Shown: positions 49,932 to 63,906 of the stretch, in pieces
Numbering within the stretch: the first letter of the stretch is position 1
Layout: each line of letters starts with the position of its first letter
Assembly (NCBI RefSeq): GCF_018350175.1
Contig: NC_058373.1
Span: 138,012,001-138,076,000, forward strand
Length of the DNA stretch: 64,000 nucleotides
From: Felis catus
Lineage: Eukaryota
Direction: 5' to 3'
Notes under the pieces: model-generated
Told to the model about the DNA's origin: nothing
Database searches by the model: none
Seen by the model: the letters and a program-made list of their open reading frames with translations, nothing else
Made by a program: the position numbers and the translations under genes

Positions 49932-50789
49932 TTCACATTTGTTTTTACTTCCTACCTTGGGATTCTTCTCCGTGTTTCTGAGGAAGGTACTGGCAGGAGC
50001 TTAGCTCAGTTTGGATTTAAGACTAACTGAGAGGAACCCACCAAGAGGTGGGAGCCACCGGCTTGGAACACTCTGGGTGGAGCTGCAGGCTTGCTTTCTG
50101 CTCTGACGCTGGACGTTCGCTCTTCTGGTGGTTCTGTGCCAAGAACGAGGCCCAACGCTGATGACCGCTGCCCCGGGGCTCCAGGAGGGGCACAGGCCGC
50201 ACAGGACGGGCCCACTGGCCCCACGTGTGTGTGTGCATCTGCAGGTTTCCGCGGGCCGACCTCGCGGCTGGGGCCCCCGTCTGGTGTTGGCCACACTGGC
50301 CAGCGTCTCTTCTCCGCCTCCCACAAGCCACCATAGTGTGGGCCTGTGTACGCTGATCTGTCACCTTCCTGCGTGAAACGAAAGGGGAACCTAGGAGTGT
50401 GGCACGTGGGAGGGTGTAGGAAGGGCTCGGAGTGCTCAATACCCTGCACGTTTCGGAGAAAGGACTGGCCTTTGGCTCCTGGGTGACAGCCCCTGGCCCT
50501 TGGGACATCCTGCCTGCTGGGAGTGTCTGCGTGGCCGGGGGCCCCGGGGACTGGAGACTGAGTGGCTCAAGAGTAGCATGTGCACCACCGACCTCCAGGA
50601 AAAACCCCGGGCCCCCAGCTCGGGTGAGCTCCCCTGCTCGGTCACACGCAGCATGCGTGTCCTATGCTGGAAGAATCAGGTGCTGTCCCTGCGGCCACCC
50701 CGGGGAGGGCACCGGGGAGCTCTGCCTGGTCCCGCGTGGACTCTGCCCCGTGTACCTTTTACCTTTGCTTTAAAAATTAGCTCTATCTC

Positions 50790-51140
50790 GGGTGCCTGAG
50801 TGGCTCAACTGGTTAAGCATCTGACTCTTTTTTTTTTTTTAATTTTTTTTTAACGTTTATTCATTTTTGAGACAGAGAGAGACAGAGCGTGAATGGGGGA
50901 AGGTCAGAGAGAGAGGGAGACACAGAATCTGAAACAGGCTCCAGGCTCTGAGCTGTCAGCACAGAGCCCGACGCGGGGCTCGAACTCACGGACTGCGAGA
51001 TCATGACCTGAGCCAAAGTCGGACGCCCAACCGACTGAGCCACCCAGGCGCCCCAACGTCTGACTCTTAACGTCAGCTCAGGTCATGATCTCACGGTTTG
51101 TGGGTTCAAGCCCAGCATTGAACTCCATGCTGACGGTGCA
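50790..51140. mobile_element. Nested CAN-SINEs: minus-strand SINE (50830-51054) inside an older plus-strand SINE
   Basis: The outer head at 50790-50829 resumes at 51069 and runs into an N gap; the inner element is flanked by the TSD c(a/g)tctgactctt. Confidence 0.88.
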
Positions 51141-52839
51141 NNNNNNNNNNNNNNNNNNNNNNNNNNNNNNNNNNNNNNNNNNNNNNNNNNNNNNNNNNNN
51201 NNNNNNNNNNNNNNNNNNNNNNNNNNNNNNNNNNNNNNNNNNNNNNNNNNNNNNNNNNNNNNNNNNNNNNNNNNNCACTGTATAAGCCATGTAGTAGCCT
51301 TTCTGAATCCCATGAGTCCTATCAGGTGCTCTTGGGGACCCTGACAATGGGGAGGATCTCCAACCGGCTGGGTTCGGAATCCCCTACACTCTTCTCGAAG
51401 AGTGACCGTATCTCGTTAACTCCTTACAAAACTACCTCCACCGTTCCCAGGCTGACCTCAGATTCAGGGACCCATGCCCCTTCCCATGGTGCCCTTTAGC
51501 ATAGCCGGGTCGAGACTGGGACATGTGGCCAAAGTCTTTTCTAAAGACTTGGGGAACCAGCACGCTCAGAGTAGACAAGCCGGCTTATAGATGCAGCCTC
51601 TGCACCTGGACTTGTCCGCTGCGACCTTCCATCCTGGATCAGACCCCTGATCGCCCCCGCCCCCAAACACTCACACTGGGACTCCACACTGTTCAAGGCC
51701 CAAGCCAAGAGACAAACGGTTCTAAGCCTTCACTGTCACCTACCCAGAGCCAGTCTCTGAGCTGGGATTTCCCATCTGGGTCCCAGCCTCCTTCGTATGT
51801 CGGTGTCTCTGGGAAAGACCTCTGGCCCCGGTGCCGGGTGGTAAGCCGGCCGTTATCCACCCACGGTCAAGGGCACTTAGGGGGATCGTCCTGTAGAGTG
51901 ACATTGGGCAAGCTGCAACTTTCCTATGCTTTTCAAAGTCCCCTGGATTTACTTCTATTCATTGAATAGATTGTTTGCCTTTGAAGACTTGACCCGAGTG
52001 TTTACTGAGGTTAGCAGAGTTGGTCAAAACAAACACTGCCTGAAAGCCGGGACTTGGGCCAAATCCAGCTAAGAACGGAGAACTGAAAGGAACTCCACCA
52101 GCTAGCTGAATTCCAGCTGAAACAGAACCACTTCATGTTTCCAAACACTCAAATATATTAAATATATGCCGCAACCGTCCCGCTTTTAACACTGATTTTA
52201 AATTTCCCAACAAGAGCATTGAGGCATAGAGAAGTCAAGCGACCTGCCCAGGGACACACAGCTAAAAAAAAAAAAAAAAAAGTGAAAGAGCTGGATAATA
52301 AACCCAAACAAGTGGCTCCAGGGCCCATAATCGTAACTGCTGTGCTATCAGTTTAGTTACATACAATGTATTATGAAACACATTTCTTAAGGAGTATTGC
52401 TTCCCCCCTCCCCCTGTTTACGAAACACTATCGAGACGCTCCATTTGCGTTTTCAACAGCGATGTCCTTGTCACAACGAGAGCGCGTTTTGAGATCTGTA
52501 ATGGGCTCTCTAGAGCAGTGCTTCTCAAACCCGGTGGTGCATACAAACCACTCATGGAGGGATCCTGTTTAAATGCAGTTTCCAGTTCTGAATTTCTAAC
52601 CAGCTCCCAGGCCCATGCCGCTGCTGCTGCTGGTCTGAAGACCGTGGGGTGAGACGCAGGTTCCAGGAGCACATACCTTTGGCTTTTATTTAAGTTGCCT
52701 GAGAGGGAGCAGCTTTGAGTCTCGGTAGGACCACTTGCATGGGACTCTTATCTTATGCATATTAGGACACTTGAATTCTTCTTGTTCTCCTATAGGTGTT
52801 TCCCCGCAGTCTCCATGGTATAACCACCTGCTGTTTTGT

Positions 52840-53058
52840 TTTGTTTTTTAATTTTTACCTTTTTTTTCTTTTTTGAGAGAGAGAGAGAGTGTGCGTGTGA
52901 GCGGGGGAGAGAGGCAGAGGGAAAGAGAGAGAATCTCAAGCAGGCTGCATGCTCTGTGCAGAGCCCTACGCAGGGCTCAATCCCACGACCCTGGCATGAC
53001 GACCTGAGCTGAAATCAAGACTCGGGACGCTCAACTGACCGAGCCACCCAGGCGCCCC
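52840..53058 (-). mobile_element. CAN-SINE
   Basis: Antisense SINEC; flanking ctgttttg repeat. Confidence 0.87.
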
Positions 53059-53577
53059 TCTGTTTTGCTTTTTAAAGTTATCTTTAAAAGATTTGTTTAT
53101 AATGACGTTCAACACTCCATGGGGGCTATCGATTGCAGCCTGTTTAAATTCTTTGGCCAAACCAGCTCCCAGTGGGGACATTTCAGGCTTTCCCAGGTGG
53201 AAGGTAGTTATTTCAACTAACGTAGGTGAAAAAATGCCCTGTAGCCTGTGATTTTACAAAGGATCGATTATAAGAAGTGTCTTCTTTTTCAAGAGATAAT
53301 TTCGAGAAAATTCAGTCTCACCAGTTCAGGTCTTTTGCTTACAGAACTCAGCTGTGCCCCGATCGTGGTGGTTTCCTTCTGTCCCTCACACTTGTCGGGC
53401 TTGTCCCCGCCTGCAGTCACCCTTCCTTCTGCTTAAAAAGTTCTTCCTTCCCGTGGGGTTGCTGCCTTCTTGTGATTCATTTCTATTCAGAGAGGCCATG
53501 TTTAGCACCCTGGCTGGGGGGGCAAACCCTACACCCCCCAGAACCCTGGTCAATATCTGTATCAATAGCAATATCGA

Positions 53578-53795
53578 GGGGCGCCTGGTGGCTCAGTCGG
53601 TTAAGGTCCGACTTCGGCTCAGGTTACAATCTTGCGGTTTGTGGGTTGGAGCCCCGTGTCGGGCTCTGTGCTGACGGCTCGGAGCCTGGAGCCTGCTTCG
53701 GATTCTGTGTCTCCCTCTCGCTCTGCCCCTCCCACTCTTGCACTCTGTCTCTCTCTTTCAAAAATAAATAAACATTAAAAAAATTAAAAAAAAAT
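53578..53795 (+). mobile_element. CAN-SINE
   Basis: GGGGCGCCTGG head, (CT)n and A-tail. Confidence 0.9.
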
Positions 53796-56138
53796 CAATA
53801 TCAGTATCAGTATCTATATAAATATCCTGTCTTAATCATGGCATCTGTCAATGCCTAAACCGAGCTTCTGTATGTACATATGCATTTGTGCACAGGTATG
53901 TATGTAGGTAGGTCTGTATGTACATGTGTGTGCATGTGAAGGTATGGCTACCCTTTACCAAACACAACTTCCGAGAAGGGCAGAAACCACGTCTGTCTTA
54001 TTCTATTAGGTGCTCAACACGGATTTAGGGCACAGTTGACACTCACTTGGGTTTCGTTTTAAATGTTAAGTGGATAAAACCGTGGCATAACCCCAAATTC
54101 CACTGCAAACAGTAAAATACCAAGTTAGCTTTTCATGGGTCTGAGATGCTATTTGCTCAGTGGTTTTGTTCTCTTCTGTCGCGGACAGCGTCACGCTCCG
54201 GAGGTCCAGCAGGTGGCGCCGCTTCCCCGGCGCTGAGCCTTCCACTGGGGGGGGGGGGGGTGCGGCCCGGCTGGGGGTCTGTCCCCCGCTTAGCCACGCT
54301 GAGGCGTCTTCTGCCCTTCCTGAAGGATCCTCCACGTGGGAAGCAAATCAGGCAGATGTATACGTGTCCCCAGGTACAGCCCCCGCTTCCCCCACAGCCC
54401 TCACTTCCTCGGAAGGGGTCTCGCACCCTTCCCTGACGCTTCGCGGGTGTGAGCGAGTATATGCTGGCACCGGCAGCCCAACCATATAGAGAGGAGCCTG
54501 GTGAGTTTCGAGTCCATCCTTCCCCCCCCCCCCCCCCCCCGGAAATGCCTCCCGGAACAGGCAGAACTGGGTGGTCCCGGGTCCTCAGGCTGAGAGTCAT
54601 CCGCGGCCGGGGGGGCGGGATGGCGAGGAAGCAGTTTGGGGACCGAAGACCGGGATGGGAATCTGGGCTCCCCCTGAACTCGGACGCGCCTCCTCAGCTC
54701 TCCGTGCCTCAGTTGCCTCATCACAGTGCCTCCTGTCAAAGAATAAAGCGGGCGCAGGCAACACTCAGCAAGTTATCCTGCTTCTCCACGAGGGAAACCA
54801 GCAACGAATGGACGTCCATGCAGCGAAGGCACAGATAGGAGCTGTCTGTCTTTGGGTGAGGCGCTGAGTGGCTGGCATTGCAGAGGGCCAGGCTGGGTGT
54901 TCTGCCCCGGCCCTGCGGGGGGGGGGGGGGGGGGGGGGGGGGGGGAGGGGTGGCCATCGAGGGAAGCAGTTGGAGTTGTCCGTGGAGCTCCAAAACACCT
55001 GGGGTTTTAACTCTGCCACATTCAGGACAGGCTGTCCCTGCATCTGTCCATCGGGGCCATTGGATAGCGCCCCAGTCTCCCGTGTTCCACGTTCCATTCC
55101 CTTATCAGGGGGCCGTGAGGCCGGAAGGATAGATGTGATGCTGTGCTGGAAAATGTGAGTGGCACACGCGTGTTACACGCTAGGATGTCATCGGAATCCA
55201 CGTTCCAGCCAGCTGTGTCAACCAGACACTCTTTGTCTCTGCCCCGTCCAGACAGGCATGTTGGTATCTGCCCCAGGTACCTCTTGCATCAGTGCTCGTC
55301 CTTCACCCCCGCCGCCCCCGACCATGCCCCACTGGCTGACTCACCCTGCCTGTCCATTCTCCCTGCTGAGAACACCACGTGGAACTCACCCCGTGTCAGA
55401 GTGCTCAATGAATCCCACTGCCCAGAACATCCAGAAGGCCCCTCGCAAGGACTTCTGGGTCCTCCTGGCTCTGGTGCCCTCTGGCCATGCCTCCATTCAC
55501 TCTCTTCCCACGGTCTGAGAGATGCTGCCCCCTCGGAAGTTGGAGAAAATGCTCGCCCCACTGACCTCAGCTGAAAATACCCCTTCTTCTTCCTCGAGGA
55601 AGTCGCAGCCCCCCAGTCCCAGCTGGTGTCTCCTGGGACCCTCCGTCCCAGCCCTCACCTGCCTCTGCCACTCCATGTAAGCTCCCAGGGGGCGGGCCCA
55701 TGTCTCCCTTCTTCCTGTATCCCGTCTAGTACCCAGCACGGTGCCTAGAACATAGTAGGTACTCAGTAAACGCCAATTTTAGTGGGAGACTCCTCCTCTG
55801 CACTGCACTTCCTTAGATGAGGGCCACTCTTTCTCAGAACCGTGGACATTTGTGAATCGAGGAACAATCTCGCCAAGTTAGAAAGGTGCTGGGTGGGAGG
55901 CCAGTTGGAAATGGTGATACAACTCCAAAGTCAAGCTCACCGACCTCAGATGGCGTAAGTCCAAGTCTGAAGCGGACGGGCCAGCTGTGACAGGGGCACC
56001 TGCCAAGTGAGGAGACAGCTCTGAAGTTTGCTCTCACCACTCTGGACTCGCACGCATTGGATTTGCTCACGGTGGGGACCCGGCTGGATTAGCTTGTCGG
56101 TTCCCTGGCCCCCCGCTGGCAGATCATTGCGTTCTAGA

Positions 56139-56498
56139 CCGGGGATCGGCAAACTTATTTCACAAAGGCCGAGTCAGTAAATATTTTAGGCAGGCCGTAC
56201 TGTCTCTGCCACAGCTCTTCACGTCTGCCTGGGTAGCTTGAAGAAGCCATCCATAAGATGTAAACAAATACGCATGACCGCGTTCCGGACTTTACTTACA
56301 AACACTAAAATTAGAATTTTATATAACGTTCGCGTGCCATGACATACTGTTTTTATTTTGTTCTCTCGCTCGTCTTTCTTTTTTTTTTTTTTTTTTCCCA
56401 GCTCTTTAAACAATGTAAAACCCAGTGTCAGCTCACCAGGCATACGGAAAGAGGTGGTGGGCTGGCTTTGGTCCCTGGGCCACAGCGTCAGACCCCTG
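56139..56498. mobile_element. MER58B-like hAT relic
   Basis: ggggatcggcaaactt...agtaaatattttagg...gggccacagcgtcagacccctg, flanked by ttctaga/ttctgga. Confidence 0.65.
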
Positions 56499-56939
56499 TT
56501 CTGGACTGTCGGAGCTGATAGGGCCTTCTGGACTGTGGTGCAGGGGCGGGCCAACAAGGCGGATAGGGGTGCAGGATGGGGCCTGGATCTCCGGGAGGCG
56601 TTCGGAGGATGAATTAGGGCCCTCGCTTTAAGGGGGACAAAGCAAGCAAGAGCAGATGTGTCCTATGTCATCGGGGAGTGGTAAGTTCTAGAGCACCGTA
56701 GGAGGGGGCTGTGGGCAGAGAGATGCCACAGACGTGTATAATTCCTCTTAGGCCTGACCAGGGCTGGCTGGCCCTGTGAAGGCCAACCAGCAATATCTTC
56801 TGCATTCAGGTTTCTTCTGGAACGTTCTTGGAGGCCCTGAGGGACACACCAGGTGGTTCTTCATCCCCATGTGACCTCAACGCAGGGCCCTGGTGCCTGA
56901 TGAGAGGGGACATTTGTGCGAATATCCCATTGTTTGTAC

Positions 56940-57350
56940 CAATCGCGTGGTTACTTACGTGCCATACGTTCCAGGAAGGGACAGTTGGGACCCAGACTGT
57001 GACCTTATTTGGAAGCGGGGTCTTTGCAGACATGGTTCGTTAAAAGGAGGTCATCCTGGAGTAGGGGGGGCCCTACGTCTCATATGCCTGGCGTCTTCCT
57101 AAGAAGAAGGAAGAGGCACAGACACAGAGATGCCGGCCTTGCGACGACACAGGCAGAGACCGCGGTGAGGCGGCCGAAAGTCAAGGGTGGCCGGCCATCA
57201 CCGGAAGCTCAGAGGGAGGCAGGGAAGGGCTCTTGTGTAGAGGCTTCCGAGGGGCACAGTGCTATCGACACGCTGATCTCGGGCCTCTAGCCTCAGAGCT
57301 ACGAGACAGTAAGGTTGTGGTTCTGGGGGAGGGCGGCCCAGGGAACGAAC
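56940..57350 (+). mobile_element. MLT1-type LTR relic
   Basis: tgtgaccttatttggaagcggggtctttgcaga...ccggaagctcagagggaggcagggaagg. Confidence 0.72.
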
Positions 57351-58316
57351 GCAGCTCCCAAGTAGAGATGTCACGTTGGGGGACCTGGGGAAGCAGGTCC
57401 CCGGTCGAGAGGACCCCTGGGGGTGGCGATTCACGCCCCAGAACACCGGGGAGTGGGGAGAGCGGGGAGTGAGTCGGGGTCCGGATGGGGAAGATGCGTG
57501 CCTGAGCCCCGGGGCTCTCCGATGTTGGCAGGGAGAGGGGAGCAGGAGAAACCTGCAAAGGAGGGCAAAGGGACAGTGAGCAGCGATGAAGCAGTGCTTC
57601 CTGAGAGTCTGCAGCAGCGGGGAGAGGTCAACTGGGGCACATGAACGGAGGGCTCAGGTGAGGTTAGGGTGGAGAGCCGGCCATGGGACTTAGCCCCATG
57701 GGGGTCACTGGGGACCTGGACCAGAGCAGCATGGATTGGGGGGGGGGGGTGGGGGTGGAGGACCTCTCTTCTGCACTGCCGGCAAACTGAACTCCATGTC
57801 GCTTCCTCCAAGAAGTCTTCCCGGACTCATCCATGTAACAATGCTGCCTCCCCACTCTGGAAGCCTGGGCCTCTGTATAAGCAGCCCTGTGCTAGGCTTC
57901 ACTGTGTGCGTGTGGTCGACACGACTCGCTGTAGGGCCTTCGGGAAGGGACCCAGTCCCCCGGGTCACCACCGCACGAGGAGAATGGACTCCAGGGCCAC
58001 GTGCCCGGGTTCGAATCCTGACACCCCTACTCAGCAGCTGCGTGACCCCAGGCAAGTTAATTCAGCCATCGGAGCTTCGTTGTGGTATGAACGAGCTCAT
58101 ACTCTCTGTTGGGAACACCAAAGACACAGTAGATAAACACGTCCAGCACTTTGTGTTCCACACACGCCGTTTTCCCTTATTCGGACAGTAAATGGGTGTC
58201 AGGCCTGGCGTAGGTACTCAGAAAATCAATGAATGAAGAAAAGAACGAGAAGAAAATCACCGCAAATCGTGACTTTTGCTTGGTGGCAACAGTTTCTTAA
58301 TAATACGCCCATTTTA

Positions 58317-58696
58317 GGGGTGCCTGGGTGGCTCAGTCGGTTGAGCGTCTGACATCGGCTCAGGTCATGATCTCGCGGTTTGTGAGAGCAGAGCGCAGAG
58401 CTGAGTTTGGAACCACCTGGAAGACCTTCGACAGGGCGCTCCTTTTTCTGGGCCTCGGTTTGTAAAGTGGGCATATTATTATTTTTTAATTTTTTAATGT
58501 TTATTTCTGCGAGAGAGAGAGACAGAGCACGAGCAGGGGAGGGGCAGAGAGAGAGAAGGAGACACAGAATCCGAAGCAGGTTCCAGGCTCCGAGCTGTCA
58601 GCACAGAGCCCGACGCGGGACTCGAACCCACGAACTGTGAGGTCATGACCTGAGCCGAAGTCGGGGGCTCAACCGACTCAGCCAGCCAGGCGCCCC
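58317..58696. mobile_element. Partial plus-strand SINE head (58317-58390) and a full minus-strand CAN-SINE (~58480-58696)
   Basis: SINEC head motifs occur in both orientations. Confidence 0.82.
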
Positions 58697-59719
58697 TTAA
58701 GATCTACTCTCTTGGCAAATTCCAAGTATACAACACAGTATTATTAACCACAGTCACCATGCTGCGCATCTGATCCCCAGGATTTATTCATCTAGTAACG
58801 GAAATTATTTAACGTCTCTGGGCTCAGTTTCCACATCTGTCACATGGGGGCAGGAATACCCACCTAAAGGGTCGTGGCAGGTATTGAAGCGGGCTGGCGA
58901 AGACCACACTGGGCACGGTACTTTGCGCCTAGGAGGTTCCAAGGACACTGCCTGCCCAAGACGTCCCGTCTCCCGCTCTGTTGTGTCTTCAGGTTATGTG
59001 AGTGGATTTCATCTCTAATGGGGACCGTGGTGATGGAGAGAAAGGGAGGATTTGAGAGAGATCGGAAGGGGAATTGGAGATGTTGACATAAAGGCGAAGC
59101 AGGAGCTGAGTTTAAAGCCCAGACTTCTGCACCCTGGCCCGGGAACTGGCTAGGGTGGACTCCAGACTTTTCTGTTGTCCACGGCTTCCTTCACCGGATG
59201 GCAGACGCTACCAACAGCACACAGATGGACGAGCGTCCTGGGGCGGTGGGGGGCTGGGGCAAGACAGGGAGACCCTGGCAGCTTTTTAAACTTGACCTGA
59301 GACCCTCCGGCTTGGGCTCTCGATTACCCACCAGCTCTGGTCGTGAGAGGGGCTCAGAAGCCCACGTAGCCTGCCCAACTCTCAGGCTTCTAAGTGACGC
59401 TGGTGCGTGAAGTTGGTTTAATCAGTGTCCGTGTCGTTGACGTCCGTGATCCGTCTTGCCATTTGGACCAAATGGCTGACCCAACACTCTGAGAGTCTCC
59501 ACGCCCGGGTGATAAACAGCCGGGGGAAGACGAGGCTTAGAAGTTACAAGTCACGGCTCAGGTATGGGATCATACCTTTCTTGCAGAATTTGTGCAGGTC
59601 TTCTAGGCTCTCGGTATTAAACAGCCTGTGCGTATGTGTGTGCGTAACTATTTTCAACCTGGGGGAGAGGGGTATTTTAAATGGCAGCATTTCCCAGACA
59701 ACGCATGAAACATTTTTTT

Positions 59720-59949
59720 AAGTATATTTTTTTAATCTTCATTTATTTATTTATTTATTGAAAGAGGGAGAGACAGAACATGAGCAGGGGAGGGGCAGAG
59801 AGAGAGAGAGGGAGACGCAGAATCCGAAGCAGGCTCCAGGCTCTGAGCTGTCGGCACAGAGCCCGACGTGGGGCTCGAACTCACGGACCGCGAGATCATG
59901 ACTTGAGCTGAAGTCAGACGCTTAACTGACTGAGCCACCCGGGCACCCC
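59720..59949 (-). mobile_element. CAN-SINE
   Basis: Antisense SINEC; TSD aaacattttt. Confidence 0.9.
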
Positions 59950-62900
59950 AAACATTTTTGATAGAGATCACAGCAATGCCAGCAGTGAGAAAGGTGTTCT
60001 CAGCAATCTGGGATACTCAGTAATCCCTCTCGTAGCAGTGCCCAGGGGACTGGGGTTTTTGTGACAGCTTTGGAGACATCAGGGGGTTGCAGGGAGTCTA
60101 GGATCTTCTAGAAAGAACTTACATTTAAAGGCCTGCTGTGCCTATTTATAGGGGCACCGGCACAGGTAGAGCTATGGGTACAGATATAGTTGCACGTAAA
60201 TCTCTCATCCTGGGAGGTCCTTTGTCACCTCTGAACTCAGCCTTCTCACCCCCCAAAAGGGGCTTAGCACAGTCTCCCCCTCAGGGAGCTGTGTGAGGAT
60301 GAAGGGAGGTAGTTTTCCAAACTTTTCTTGGATATTTTTCTAGCTTCCCCTTCCTCGTGCACTTGAGAATCATTTTGTCAACAGATTCTCTTTTTAACTT
60401 CTGCTCACCTACGCACATTCGGGGCATTGAAAAATAGCCGTGATCTCAGCCCGTCCCCAGCCCGGCAGAGCACAGGCTCCGTGTGGCAGGAGACGTTTCC
60501 TCTCCCACCTTCTGAGAGCCCGTGGTCAGGACCTCACCTCTGCTGGCAGAGGCGCACTGCCTGCCCGCCATCTCCCTGCCAGACCCACACCCGCACCCGC
60601 CCTGGGATTTCTGCTTCTCCTCTGGAAGGCAGCCTGGTGAAATTCAGGTACTGACTCTGCCCTGATGCCGATGCAGATCCCGGTACCAATCCTGACATTC
60701 TCACTTGTAGCCACAAGGGCAACACAGTTACTGGTGTCTGGGTATTCTTGGTCGGCAACTATGCCTGTCATTTCTTCTACTTTATCTTGTTTAAGGTAAT
60801 CGACACAGTACGGGGGTGGGACGCTTTTTTTGTAAAAGGTAGATAATTTCGGCTTTGCCAGCCAGCTGGTCTCCCCCCTGGTCCTCAGGCCTTCGGACTC
60901 CAACTCACATCACCTGCTTTTTGGGTCTCTAGCTTGCCGATGGCAGATCATGGGGCTTGTCAGCCGTAACCACATGAGCCAATTCCCATAACAAATTTCT
61001 CCTTATCTATCTCCTATCCATCCATCCATCTATTCTACTGGTGGTATTTCAGACAATCCTGACGAACACAGCCCCCCAATATCCATCCTCCCGCATTTTC
61101 ACAGAGGTGAGTTTTCGGCTGGGAAGATGGCATTCTAGAATAAACAGACATTCCCCAGACCTCCTGCAGCTACACGCGGCCACGTGCCGGTATTCTGGCC
61201 AATGCGATCTAAGCCCAAATGTCATGTGTTAGTTCCTGGGAAGTCTTCCTAAAAAGACAGCCCCTCTCTCTCGTTTTTTGAAACTCCCTTCCGTTGTCCT
61301 ACCTGTGCCGTGGTGCCGCCAGTGTGGACCCCGAGGGTGAGGCCGCCGTCCGGGGACAACAGTGTGGTGAGCTGCGAGGGCTCCTGGAGCAGGGCCTCCG
61401 TACATGAGCTGGTCTGCTGAGCTCTGCCCTGTGACAGGACAGAAACACCACTGTCACCCTTCACTTGGTGACGCTTTGTGTCACTCACAGCTGAACGTGC
61501 TTTAACTAATGCTCTTGAGCCCTGGTATCCTGTATGTAAATAATAATAATAATTAATAATAATAATAGTAATAATCCCCTCCCCAGAGGGTTTGTTTTGA
61601 GGAATCAGTGTGCCAGCGCATGTAAAATGCATAGAAAGGTGTTTGGTAAGTCGTAAGTGCTTAATAAGTGTTAGTTGCTATTTAACCCACATGTGACTCT
61701 GTGATGTAGCTCTACAACCCACCTACTCCGGATAGGCAACTGAGGTTCAGGGAGGTTAAATATGACGGTCAGGATTATATTCAGCTGCTTTTAAGAGAAA
61801 TACACAGTTAGTGGTGTAAGCAAGAGGGAAGAATATTTTTTCCTTGTGCGAAAAAGCCTAGGGCTGGTGTGGCGGGTCCTCAAAGTTCTCTGTGTTGTCT
61901 GATCTCCAGTCTCTTGGGAATAACCCAGTTCCTCATGTTTCAAAGTGGCTGCCAGTGCTCCCAGCATCACATCCACTTTCCAATGGAGGAAAGGTACCCA
62001 GAAGGGCGCACCTGCTTGTTGTAAAAGACTTGATGAGGGTCACACCGTACCCTCTGCCTACTTCTTGTTAGCCGCTTTGTGGTTCTGTGGGCACATGTAG
62101 AGGCAAGGAGGCTGGCCGTGTATCACATCTTAGACACTCCACTGCAGTGAATGCCACAGTCAGGATTTGACTCCAGGACCCACCAAGTCCAAAGCCCGTG
62201 CTCGAACCTCTGGTCTCCCAGTGCTTCTCCCCTTCCCTTGCCCTTGTTGTAGAAAGAGAGCCGTTGAGGGCAGGGGCCGGCCTGTTTTGCTCACTGTTCT
62301 ACCCTGGAGCACACAGTGGGAGTTCACCAGGGACTGGAAGAAAGGCTGCTTCCCTGGAATTCTGGCCTTAGCTCTCGCATGGTCCCACCCCTTGTCCCCA
62401 GGCCGCCTTGCCTGACCTCAGTATCGCCCACATGGAGGTTTTTACACTTTCCTGGGCATAAAGCCACCTGGAACTGGTCCTGGTGCAGCTTCCTGAGGCC
62501 TATTGTTGTGGATTCCGACTTGCTAGGGCTGGTGTGGACCCCTGCACCTGCCTGCCTCATGAGCCACCTGACGCCCGCTCCCCCGCCATACATATTCAAA
62601 ACCAAGAAATGCTAATATCCGGCGTCTGTGGAGCAAGCTTTAAGAAATGCTGACGGTCGGTCGTTAAGCACCATGAAGAAGAATGAGTCCTGCCACTCCA
62701 TCCAAGGACAGGCACCTAAATGCTCCAGTGGACATATGGCCCCTAATTCTCCTGAAAACTCCCAAGGAATGGCTGGGCAGCTGGATGCCCTCTTCATTCA
62801 TTTCCTCAACAAATGCTGCCCATTTTGAGCTCAGTAAGGACCAAGCGTTGGGCTACGTATGGCTATGCCATAGTGCATGAAAACAGACGTGATCCCTGCC

Positions 62901-63049
62901 TTCACACAGTCTATATTCTATTGAAGAAGACAGGATAGTCAGAGTCAAATGAATATTGAATTAGAAATGGTACTAAGTGCTATGGAGACAGGGAACGGTG
63001 AGGGTAAGGGTGCCAGTTCCCTGTTCTCGGAACCATTGCCTGTCCCCCG

Positions 63050-63490
63050 TGTTGTGGTAACTTGCCTCCAAGGATGGCCTCTGTCAGTTCCTTTCTTCCC
63101 TGGACTTACATGACACTCCCCCACTGGGGGGGGGGGTACATTTCTCCAGGTGATTCTCTATCTGGTTGAATGCGATGATCTGGAAATCGAAGAATACAGT
63201 GGAAATGATGTTTAAGACTAGACCATAAGAAGTCTTAAACCTTCCTCCGAGTTTTTAAAAAATCGTTTGCGTTTTGGACACTCCCTCTTGGAATCCAGCC
63301 ATTACACCATGAGAAGCCCAAGGCATAGGGGGAGGCCACATGGCTGACCGCCCCAGCTGCCATTTGACTGTAACCATACAAGAGATCCCCGGTGAGCCCA
63401 GCCAAGCCACAGAAGGATGAAGGATAATGAGCTTACTGTAAGCCATTAAGTTCCGGGTTGGTTTCTTACACAGGAACAGGTAAGCAGAAA
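63050..63490 (+). mobile_element. MLT1-type LTR relic, followed by probable internal sequence
   Basis: tgtggtaacttgcctccaaggatggcc...gagaagcccaagg...aagccattaagttccgggttggtttcttacaca. Confidence 0.6.
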
Positions 63491-63689
63491 AGGAATTAGA
63501 ACTGGGGAATGAGGTGCTGCTCTGCTTGGGACTGGCGTGGAAGGATTCCAGAGACTGTCACGAAGGCTTGAAGGAAGTGAAGAAATTGTAACTGGAGACG
63601 GGAGGAAGAGAGATGTGATTTACCTACTGGCAGAATGGTTGGTGAGGTGGTTGCCTGTGCCAACCTGGAGCATAAAAACCATAATTAAT

Positions 63690-63813
63690 GGGGGCACCTG
63701 GGTGGCTCAGTCAATTGAGCATCCAGCTCTTGATTTCAGCTCAGGTCATGATCCCAGAGTTGTGGGATCGAGCCCCACATTGGGCTCTGCAATGAGTATG
63801 GAGCCTGCCTACG

Positions 63814-63863
<50 letters not shown>

Positions 63864-63906
63864 CTCTGCCCCTACCCCGCGCTCACTCCCTCTATCTCTC
63901 TAAAAA
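63690..63906 (+). mobile_element. CAN-SINE with long (CT)n, inside MLT1-related sequence
   Basis: ggggcacctgggtggctcagtc head; (CT)n at 63817-63861. Confidence 0.88.

Noticed and set aside
54917-54945. G29 homopolymer and many other long G/C runs as G-quadruplex elements
   Set aside because: Such runs occur throughout the window and their lengths are unreliable in consensus sequence.
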